From: Candidatus Micrarchaeia archaeon
GTDB lineage: Archaea; Micrarchaeota; Micrarchaeia; Micrarchaeales; CABMGC01
Assembly: GCA_049966395.1 (NCBI GenBank)
Contig: JBMFUT010000010.1
Coordinates: 1-23,542 of the forward strand
Reading direction: 5' to 3'
DNA length: 23,542 nucleotides
A model generated the notes under the pieces. That model was not told where the DNA came from. It made no database searches and worked only from the letters and a program-made list of their open reading frames with translations. Position 1 is the stretch's first letter, and each line of letters opens with the position of its first letter. A program made the translations under genes and the position numbers. This document shows, piece after piece, positions 16,490 through 23,542 of the stretch.

Positions 16490-18279
16490 TTTTTCACCTG
16501 CTCAACTTCGCCAGCCTCCTCTTCCTGCTCCTGCTTCTTGAGCTGCGCGAACTCGCTGTCTATCGCTGCATTTATTGCAGCTATGCCTTTCTCGGCTTCT
16601 GACTCCTTTATTTCCTTCATCCTCGCTATGTCGCTTCTCACTTTCATCTTGGATATCGCATCAGCGGAGATTCCGCTGCCTACTGCGTCGACTGCGCTCT
16701 TAGCGAAGTGAAGTATTGTCAGGAGCATGAGCTTCTGCTTTTTCATGCTGGTGTAAGTGTCTATTTCGTCGAATGCGCTCTGCCTCAGATAGTCCTCCCT
16801 GAGCATCCTGCCTATTTCTAATATAACTCTTTCAGAGTCCGGCAGCGCGTCGCTTCCTACAAGTTGCACTATGTCCTTGAGCTCGCTCTCCCTCTGCAGA
16901 ATCTTCATTGCCTCCTTCCTTCCCGCCACGAAATCCTCGCCGACGTTCTTGATGTACCATTGTTCAAGGGCGTCAAGGTATAGCGAGTAGCTAGTGAGCC
17001 AGTTGATGGATGGGAAATGCCTGCTCCACGCAAGCGATGCATCAAGTGCCCAAAACGTCTTTACTACCCTGAGTGTTCCTTGAGACACCGGCTCTGAAAG
17101 ATCCCCTCCTGGAGGCGATATAGCCCCTATTATACTGGCGGAGCCAATCTTGCCGCTGAGCGCAACGACCTTGCCGGCCCTCTCGTAGAATTCAGCGAGC
17201 CTCTTCGGCAGGTAGGCAGGGTAGCCTTCCTCTCCTGGCATCTCTTCAAGCCTTGCTGATATTTCCCTCATTGCCTCTGCCCACCTTGAAGTGGAATCAG
17301 CCATGAGCGCCACGCTGTAGCCCATGTCCCTGAAATATTCCGCTATGGTTATTCCAGTGTATATGCTGGCTTCCCTCGCAGCGACAGGCATGTTGCTCGT
17401 GTTCGCTATGAGCACAGTCCTTTGCATGAGCGGCTTGCCGCTTTTAGGGTCCTTGAGCTCGGGGAATTCGGTCAGCACTTCAGTCATCTCGTTTCCTCTC
17501 TCTCCGCACCCCACATATATGATGACGTCTGCGTCGCTCCACTTGGCAAGCTGGTGCTGTATTACAGTCTTGCCGCTCCCGAAAGGCCCTGGCACTCCCG
17601 CAGTGCCTCCTTTGGCAACGGGGAAGAAAGTATCAACTACGCGCTGGCCGGTGACAAGCGGCTCGTTTGACCCTATCTTCTCCTTGTATGGAGAAGCCTT
17701 CCTTACAGATCTTGTCTGCATCATCTTTACTTCTGCAATGCCATCGTTATGTTCTACTTTTGCTATCCAATCATTGACTGTGAACCTGCCTCCTCTTATG
17801 CTCTTGAGCTTCCCGTTAACTCCCAAAGGCGCCATTATGTAGTGCTTTATTAGGTCGGTTTCCTGAACGTATCCTATTATCATGCCCTCCTTTATTTGGC
17901 TGCCTTCCTTGAGAGACTTGTCCGGAACAAACTCCCATTTCTTCTCTTTGCTTATTGGCTCTGCCACTATTCCCCTCCCTATGAAAGTGCCGCTCTTGCT
18001 TCTTATCAATTCCAGAGGCCTCTGCGTGCCGTCGTATATGTTGCCAAGAATCCCTGGGCCGAGTTCTACCGCAAGCGGCAGCCCAGTGGACTCGACAGGC
18101 TCTCCAGGCTTCAGGCCGTTAGTGTCCTCGTAAACCTGTATGACGGCCCTAGGCCCCTTCAGCTGTATTATCTCTCCAATGAGCTTCTGTTTTCCAACCT
18201 TCACCACGTCGTACATCTTGCTCCCGAGCATTTCGTTTGCAATGACCAAAGGCCCGGAAATTCTTTCTATGTATCCCAA
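16486..18279 (-). CDS. atpA: A/V-type ATP synthase subunit A (catalytic), no intein
   Basis: [46 protein letters not shown] start after AGGTGG. Confidence 0.97.
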   Translation of the reverse strand: MGYIERISGPLVIANEMLGSKMYDVVKVGKQKLIGEIIQLKGPRAVIQVYEDTNGLKPGEPVESTGLPLAVELGPGILGNIYDGTQRPLELIRSKSGTFIGRGIVAEPISKEKKWEFVPDKSLKEGSQIKEGMIIGYVQETDLIKHYIMAPLGVNGKLKSIRGGRFTVNDWIAKVEHNDGIAEVKMMQTRSVRKASPYKEKIGSNEPLVTGQRVVDTFFPVAKGGTAGVPGPFGSGKTVIQHQLAKWSDADVIIYVGCGERGNEMTEVLTEFPELKDPKSGKPLMQRTVLIANTSNMPVAAREASIYTGITIAEYFRDMGYSVALMADSTSRWAEAMREISARLEEMPGEEGYPAYLPKRLAEFYERAGKVVALSGKIGSASIIGAISPPGGDLSEPVSQGTLRVVKTFWALDASLAWSRHFPSINWLTSYSLYLDALEQWYIKNVGEDFVAGRKEAMKILQRESELKDIVQLVGSDALPDSERVILEIGRMLREDYLRQSAFDEIDTYTSMKKQKLMLLTILHFAKSAVDAVGSGISADAISKMKVRSDIARMKEIKESEAEKGIAAINAAIDSEFAQLKKQEQEEEAGEVEQVKK

Positions 18280-18287
18280 TTAACCAC

Positions 18288-18629
18288 CTAAACGTTTTTT
18301 GTTATGTCAATCCCTATCGCTTTTATTATGAGCATCTTCAGGGTCTCGCTCTCAACTCCTTTTTCCCCGTATTCTGGTATCTCTATTATCAAAGGCAGCA
18401 GGCTGCTCGTAATTGCATTCTGGAGCTTCTTGTCCTTTATCTGCCTAACCAGTCTACCTGTTATTGCTATAAGCCCTATGTCCTGCCTTTGGAGCAGGCT
18501 CCTAAGTATTCTCTCCGCCTCGTCGCCTCGCGTAGCCTTGAAGGCTTCTGTGATCCCGGCAAGCTTGAAGCCGAGCACCGGAAGCTCGCTGCCTATGAGC
18601 GCTATCTTGTAGCTCTTTACCTGCTCCAT
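18288..18629 (-). CDS. atpF: A/V-type ATP synthase subunit F
   Basis: KIALIG...GFKLAGI, DIGLIAIT, PLIIEIP, KAIGIDI; operon position. Confidence 0.93.
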   Translation of the reverse strand: MEQVKSYKIALIGSELPVLGFKLAGITEAFKATRGDEAERILRSLLQRQDIGLIAITGRLVRQIKDKKLQNAITSSLLPLIIEIPEYGEKGVESETLKMLIIKAIGIDITKNV

Positions 18630-19684
18630 GTTATCAGCTCGCTTATGTCCTCTTTCGCAAGGCCGTAAAGCATCCCTTTGGCAAGAATCCTTATTGTAAA
18701 AACTTCTATTTCCTTCAGGTACATGTAAGCCATTATTGTAGTAAAAGAGAGCATGCTGTACTTGAGATGCCTTATGCTTGCATCGAATATGCTGTTTCTC
18801 ATGCCTATCTCGAATACAAGCATGCGCTTTGCGCTGTCTTTCTTGTATGTCTCGGCAGCGCGCTTGAGATCGAAGCCCTTCAGCTGCAGCGCGAGCTCGT
18901 CTATGCTCTTCGACGACTCGTATATCCTCTCGAGCTCCTCGGGGCGCATGCCCCCTCCAAGTATCATAAGCTCCTTTATCGCGCCAAAGCCAAGCTGCCT
19001 TCTCTTAGCTCTTATCATTGTCAAAGAATTTCTCATGTCTATGTCCATCTTTGCTATTCTTGCCGCCTCGACTCCTATGTCCTTCATAGGTCTTATCACT
19101 TTTCCTAGTTCGGAGTAATAAACCTTGTCAAGCTCTGCTATAGCATCTAACACGTTCCTGTTTTTCCTGTAAGCATCAATGGTGCGCTGTATTGCTACGG
19201 CGTAAGGCGAATTTGGAAGCAGCCTTGAGAGCATTCCCTCTACGCTTTCCTCCCTGAGCACGTCCTTTATCACAGTCGCGTTGTATATGCCGTAATCCAC
19301 AATGTAAGAGGATATGCTATCGAAGCCCTGCGACTTTCCCTTAGCCTCTATAGCAAGCCTGACGTTGTAGAGATCCCACCTGCCTATTATAGCCCTTGTT
19401 ATGCTCCTGTAATTTGTGGGGGTCGCTGCAACGAGCTTGCTCAGGCTTATTGCAAGGCTTTTGCTGAGCACGAAGTCTATGAACTCCGGCTTTGTCTCGA
19501 TGCCCCCGAATTCCATCATCTGGTCTTTGTAACTTGTGTTGAACAGTATAGAAACTATGCTCCCTGCGTCCTTTGCGTTTATTATCGACTGCACAGTCTC
19601 CTTGCTCAGCAGCTTAGACTCCATAGCTCTTACCCTGGCTGTGGAGTAGCCGAATACCGATGCAGCACTGTAACCAGAGAGCAC
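18617..19684 (-). CDS. atpC: A/V-type ATP synthase subunit C
   Basis: YSTARVRAMESKLL, WDLYNV, IDMRN, YLKEIEV; operon position; GTG start. Confidence 0.9.
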   Translation of the reverse strand: MLSGYSAASVFGYSTARVRAMESKLLSKETVQSIINAKDAGSIVSILFNTSYKDQMMEFGGIETKPEFIDFVLSKSLAISLSKLVAATPTNYRSITRAIIGRWDLYNVRLAIEAKGKSQGFDSISSYIVDYGIYNATVIKDVLREESVEGMLSRLLPNSPYAVAIQRTIDAYRKNRNVLDAIAELDKVYYSELGKVIRPMKDIGVEAARIAKMDIDMRNSLTMIRAKRRQLGFGAIKELMILGGGMRPEELERIYESSKSIDELALQLKGFDLKRAAETYKKDSAKRMLVFEIGMRNSIFDASIRHLKYSMLSFTTIMAYMYLKEIEVFTIRILAKGMLYGLAKEDISELITWSR

Positions 19685-19691
19685 TATTCAA

Positions 19692-20309
19692 TCACCTTTT
19701 CTTCTTCCTAGCACTTTTGCTTCCAGAGCTTTTCAACTTTGCTACTTTCGCTACTCTTTTTGGCATCGCCGCGGAAACCATTCCTACGATTTCGCCGTTG
19801 TGCATTTCTATGATGCTGTCGAAGGTTGCGTCCAGCGCCAGCTTGCCGTCAGCGCTTCTTATGACAAAACCCTTTATGCTTTTTGTCTCGACTTTTGCGC
19901 CTACGCCCTTGGCTGCCGATGAATGGGCGCTGCCTATTTCTATGGTCGCGCTGCTTATATCAGAAATCTTGGAGAATTCCTTTGCCGCACCAGCAAGCAT
20001 CTCCTTTAATCGCAGCTCAAGCTCCCTTTCTATTTCCTTCTTCACTGACGACGCTTCTCTTTCCACAGCCGAGCTTCTCGCCTTTGCCACAATGCTCATA
20101 GCCTCGTATTCTATGTTGGCTTCCTCCGACATTTTAAGCGATTTGGCCTCCTCATCCGCAGCTTTTTTTGCCTCTTCGACAATCTGTGCGGCCTTTTTCT
20201 TAGCTTCATCTATTATCCTGTCAGCTTCGGCTGCGCCCTGCTTGCTTATGGAAGCCGCAGTTGCGGCTCCCTTCGCCTCTATGTCCTTTTCTATCTCTTC
20301 AAGCGGCAT
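19692..20309 (-). CDS. atpE: A/V-type ATP synthase subunit E
   Basis: N-terminal Ala/Glu/Lys coiled coil; C-terminal GFVIRSADGKLALDATFDS; lies between K and C. Confidence 0.85.
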   Translation of the reverse strand: MPLEEIEKDIEAKGAATAASISKQGAAEADRIIDEAKKKAAQIVEEAKKAADEEAKSLKMSEEANIEYEAMSIVAKARSSAVEREASSVKKEIERELELRLKEMLAGAAKEFSKISDISSATIEIGSAHSSAAKGVGAKVETKSIKGFVIRSADGKLALDATFDSIIEMHNGEIVGMVSAAMPKRVAKVAKLKSSGSKSARKKKR

Positions 20310-20320
20310 GAAAAACCCTT

Positions 20321-20557
20321 CTATATTATACCGGCGTACAGCATTACCAGTATTGCTATCACGAAGCCGAATATGAGCAGTGTTTCAGGGAGCACCAAGA
20401 AAAGCAGCACTATACCCATCTGGTCCGGCTTCTCAGCTATGAGCCCTAGCCCGGCACTGCCTATGCTTGATTGCGCCATGCCTGTACCTATTGCGCCGCC
20501 TGCAATTGCTATTCCCGCGCCTATTGCCGCTATCGCGGCTTCTGTTGTTATAGCCAT
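20321..20557 (-). CDS. atpK: A/V-type ATP synthase proteolipid subunit K (c), single hairpin, 78 aa
   Basis: True start is ATG 20557 (MAITTEAA); Gly/Ala-rich helix 1, AEKP loop, LPETLLIFG with the essential Glu. Confidence 0.93.
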   Translation of the reverse strand: MAITTEAAIAAIGAGIAIAGGAIGTGMAQSSIGSAGLGLIAEKPDQMGIVLLFLVLPETLLIFGFVIAILVMLYAGII

Positions 20558-20564
20558 AAAACCA

Positions 20565-22445
20565 CTATTCTTTAGTATAAAACCTCTTGTAAGCGAAAGG
20601 CTTGAACTTGACTCCTCCTCCAATGTAGAACTTGGAGAAGAATTCGACGAAGTTGAGCCTGATGCCTTGCACAATGCCCTCGAATATTGCAAGTATCATG
20701 TTCATGAAGTGCAGCGATATGAAAACGACAAGCAGCACTGCAAATACCAGTATGCCGTGAGAAAATGTCGGAGTGAAAGCCATGTCTATGAGCATAGCTA
20801 TTATAACGCTGCCGAGCCCGAAGCCCATGAGCCTTGCGTAGCTCAATGGATGCGTTATCAAATTAGTAAGCTCGCTCGCCTCTATGCCGCTCATTGCGCC
20901 AGTAGCTATGAGAGCCACCACTGCCACTATGGCTGCAGGCATTGCCAGCGATTGGCTCAAAAGGTCGAAGAAGCCGCTAGCAACTGCCACAGTGCCAAAT
21001 GCAATGGTGACAATGCCTGTGAGCTTGCTTATAGCAAGCAGCTTTTTATTGTGGTGGTAGTCGTTGATGAAGCCGAAGAAGAGCCCGAGGCACACCTGGA
21101 AGATGCCGAACAGTATGCTTATGCCTATTATCGCAGTCACGTCCTTTAGCCAGCTGAAGCCCTTGAACGTGGTGAAATACTGGTTGAGCTGGAAGCCGAA
21201 ATACTGGTTGGAAAGGAAGCCGAAGACTATTGCTGAAATCGACGTGAGCTGCCATATCTTCGCCGCGTTGTGCACGAGGCCATCAGGGTTAGTTATCTTT
21301 GCTATCCAAGTTACAAAAAGCAGCGATGCGATGCCGTAGCCTACATCGCTGACCATCAAGCCGTAGAATATGGGGAAGAATATTATGAACACCCATGTAG
21401 GGTCTATCTCGTCGCTCCTAGGCATGGAGTAAAACTCCATCATGTAGTCGAAAGGCTTAAGGAAGCGCGGTCTTGACATGAGCGTGGGCGCAAGCTCATC
21501 AGTGGCAAGCTCTTCTATGTGGTATCTATTGCCAGAAGCCCTCTTGATGCCCTCGCTGAGTGCGCCTATCTTTTTCTTAGGCACCCATCCCTCGACTATA
21601 AAAGTGCTTTCGGTTCTTTTGAACGAGCCGCTGATGCCCGCCCTCGCCGCCTCTATCTCAAGTATCTCCTTTGCTGCGGCGATGTAGTCGTAGTGTTTTA
21701 AGCTTATCTCATTTATTTCGTTGAGCACTTCTTTCATTTGGCTTTCGTATTTGCCAATGAGCCTGTCAACATTCGAAACTACCTGCTCGGGCTTGGCGTC
21801 TAAATACTTGGCTCCAAGGTCTATCTCCCTTGCCTTTGCGCTCTTTATGGCACCTTCTATGCCTGTAGACTTGTCATATGCCACGAGAATGCCGACAGTT
21901 TTCTTGCCGCTGCCTATTATCACTTCGGCCCTCGGATTCGATTTGTAAATGAGGTCTGCCATCCTTGAAGCCTCTTTTGGCTCAGCCTCAAAAGCCCTGA
22001 AGGAAAGCGATTCGCTTTTGAGCTTGCCGAAGTCAATTCCCGTTCCGTAGAAGAGCATTGCTATTCTCTTTGCATTATTCAAAGCAGAGATCTCGTCTCC
22101 AACAGCCTTCTTTGTTTCGCTCAAACTGTATATCTTGTCTATAATGCCGTTTTTGTTTAGCATATCCAAAATCTCCTTTGCGCTCCTGTGTTCCTCCTTA
22201 TGGACCGGAGGCTTCCACGCCTCGCTCCTTTTCTTCTTGCGCTCTATCACTTGCAGCGCGCCTCCCACCTTTATGAGCATGTCAGATATTCCGTTTATTT
22301 CTTCAGAAGGAGAATCGTCAGCGGAGTTTACGCTGCCCTTCCTTATGTCTATTACTCCAAGCCTGTGCATCTCCTTTACTATGGCATTCCTGTCGCTCCG
22401 TAAGCCTATAATCCTCAATTTTTGCATTGGCTCCGATCTAAGCAA
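20565..22445 (-). CDS. atpI: A/V-type ATP synthase subunit I (a)
   Basis: EGWVP, EIDPT, DVGYG, LSYARLMG (essential Arg), IRLNFVEFFSKFY. Likely TTG start at 22445 after AGGTG; the ORF track uses GTG 22454. Confidence 0.95.
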   Translation of the reverse strand: MLRSEPMQKLRIIGLRSDRNAIVKEMHRLGVIDIRKGSVNSADDSPSEEINGISDMLIKVGGALQVIERKKKRSEAWKPPVHKEEHRSAKEILDMLNKNGIIDKIYSLSETKKAVGDEISALNNAKRIAMLFYGTGIDFGKLKSESLSFRAFEAEPKEASRMADLIYKSNPRAEVIIGSGKKTVGILVAYDKSTGIEGAIKSAKAREIDLGAKYLDAKPEQVVSNVDRLIGKYESQMKEVLNEINEISLKHYDYIAAAKEILEIEAARAGISGSFKRTESTFIVEGWVPKKKIGALSEGIKRASGNRYHIEELATDELAPTLMSRPRFLKPFDYMMEFYSMPRSDEIDPTWVFIIFFPIFYGLMVSDVGYGIASLLFVTWIAKITNPDGLVHNAAKIWQLTSISAIVFGFLSNQYFGFQLNQYFTTFKGFSWLKDVTAIIGISILFGIFQVCLGLFFGFINDYHHNKKLLAISKLTGIVTIAFGTVAVASGFFDLLSQSLAMPAAIVAVVALIATGAMSGIEASELTNLITHPLSYARLMGFGLGSVIIAMLIDMAFTPTFSHGILVFAVLLVVFISLHFMNMILAIFEGIVQGIRLNFVEFFSKFYIGGGVKFKPFAYKRFYTKE

Positions 22446-22446
22446 T

Positions 22447-22770
22447 CTATACACCTAAAATGAGCTTCACTGCATCCTTTGCAATCCTCTTTCTCTCTGC
22501 AGCACTGAGCTTAAGCTTCCGCTCTTTAGCTGCAGCGGCTTCAGCCTCCGCAAGCTTCCTTTTCCTTATTTCAGCAGCATACTTTTCCACTCCTTCGAGC
22601 GCTTCTTCCTTTATGGCTTTGGCTTTCGCTTCCGCCTCAGCAATGATTGCAGCTGCTTTCTCCCTTGCCTTCGCAATCCTCTCATTCTTTTCTGCCTCGG
22701 CTTTTTCGGCAAGCTCCCTTGCCTTTTTTTCGGCGCTCTGAACCTTGCTTATTGCGTCAACGCCCTCCAT
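22447..22770 (-). CDS. atpH: A/V-type ATP synthase subunit H (G-like peripheral stalk)
   Basis: Ala/Glu/Lys coiled coil of 107 aa; first gene of the H-I-K-E-C-F-A-B-D operon. Confidence 0.85.
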   Translation of the reverse strand: MEGVDAISKVQSAEKKARELAEKAEAEKNERIAKAREKAAAIIAEAEAKAKAIKEEALEGVEKYAAEIRKRKLAEAEAAAAKERKLKLSAAERKRIAKDAVKLILGV

Positions 22771-22811
22771 AAAATCATCAATATTAGAACAATCATATTT
22801 AACCTACAGCA

Positions 22812-22826
22812 GTTTTAATAAAGTTG
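22812..22826 (-). promoter_or_regulatory. Putative ATP synthase operon promoter (TTTATTAA)
   Basis: The minus strand reads gcaactttattaaaac about 45 nt upstream of the atpH ATG. Confidence 0.45.
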
Positions 22827-22835
22827 CGCTAAGCA

Positions 22836-23492
22836 TCAAGGCGCGCTTGAAGACGGGCATACTTTCCTGAGCACGCACCTGTAGCACTCCTTTTTCCTTG
22901 CCTTGCAGGTATCCCTTCCAAGAGCTATGAGCAGATTTGACGCCACTCCCCAGTATTTCCTAGGCAGCTCTTCCATCAGGGCGCGCTCTATTTTCAGCGG
23001 GTCATTGCTTCTTGCGAGCCCCAGCCTGTTAGATACTATTATGCAGTGCGTGTCGATTGCAATGCCTTCGGCCCTTCCAAAGCCCTCGTTCATTATGACA
23101 TTAGCCACCTTCCTTCCAACGCCCGGCAGTTTAACCAGCTCCTCGATGCTGTCTGGAATTTTTCCATTGTAATCTCTCTCTATGATCTGCGCTGCCCTCT
23201 TAATGTTCATCGCTTTGGTCTTGTAATAGTTGACGCCCTTGAGATATTTTCTAAGCGTTGACGGTTTTGCATAGGCGTAGTCGCTTATGCTTTTGAATCT
23301 CCTGAAAAGAATCCTAGTTGCGTTGTTTACCTGTTTGTCTGTGCACTGTGGAGAGAGCATCGCCGCGACGAGAGTTTCCGTAGGATTGCTATTTATCAGC
23401 AGCGTGTGAGTGCCTTTGGAATAACTCCTCAGCAGTGTTTTCATCACGTATTCTGCGAATTTCCTCTTTTTCAAAAGCTCTGCGCTGCGCAT
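22836..23492 (-). CDS. nth: Endonuclease III (HhH-GPD DNA glycosylase with 4Fe-4S cluster)
   Basis: LSPQCTD, LPGVGRKVAN (catalytic Lys), IAIDTH, C-x6-C-x2-C-x5-C cluster motif. Confidence 0.93.
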   Translation of the reverse strand: MRSAELLKKRKFAEYVMKTLLRSYSKGTHTLLINSNPTETLVAAMLSPQCTDKQVNNATRILFRRFKSISDYAYAKPSTLRKYLKGVNYYKTKAMNIKRAAQIIERDYNGKIPDSIEELVKLPGVGRKVANVIMNEGFGRAEGIAIDTHCIIVSNRLGLARSNDPLKIERALMEELPRKYWGVASNLLIALGRDTCKARKKECYRCVLRKVCPSSSAP

Positions 23493-23542
23493 CAAAATAA
23501 GTTATTGGATATAAGTATATAAGTGTTAACTTCAATACAATA

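Noticed and set aside
16486..18279. Intein in atpA (also considered for cdc48)
   Set aside because: Both proteins have normal lengths and uninterrupted P-loop regions.
20558..20692. 45-aa Ser-rich N-terminal extension of atpK in the ORF track
   Set aside because: It overlaps atpI in another frame; the proteolipid begins at ATG 20557.
19660..21149. 238-aa and 258-aa plus-strand ORFs antisense to atpE/atpK/atpI
   Set aside because: Antisense shadows produced by the codon bias of the real genes.

Overview
Gene-dense archaeal chromosomal segment. The gene set, TATA/BRE promoters, GGTGA-type Shine-Dalgarno (SD) motifs, very short spacers and overlaps suggest a streamlined DPANN-type genome, possibly Micrarchaeota; this is inference and was not checked by search. 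Most of the window is housekeeping: a DHH/DHHA1 phosphoesterase; a minus-strand run of Nudix hydrolase, site-2 protease, cdc48, rps6e and aIF2-gamma; tRNA-Leu(CAG); secF-secD-nmd3; a sequon-rich single-pass surface protein; and a minus-strand run of endonuclease III, the full A1Ao ATP synthase operon (H-I-K-E-C-F-A-B-D), diphthine-ammonia ligase, a class I/II aminotransferase and tRNA-Val(TAC). No mobile element, CRISPR array or intein was seen. The main unexplained signals are: (1) at 60-770, a promoter followed by six 11-bp-phased TCATGA-like repeats, a coiled-coil plus winged-helix gene and a double-hairpin spacer, which is a candidate uncharacterised DNA-binding or regulatory module; (2) nucleotide-identical blocks shared by the D1 and D2 AAA domains of cdc48, suggesting intragenic gene conversion; (3) a tRNA-Val whose first 10 nt are the last codons and stop of the upstream CDS; (4) a structured leader that could occlude the SD of the surface-protein gene.
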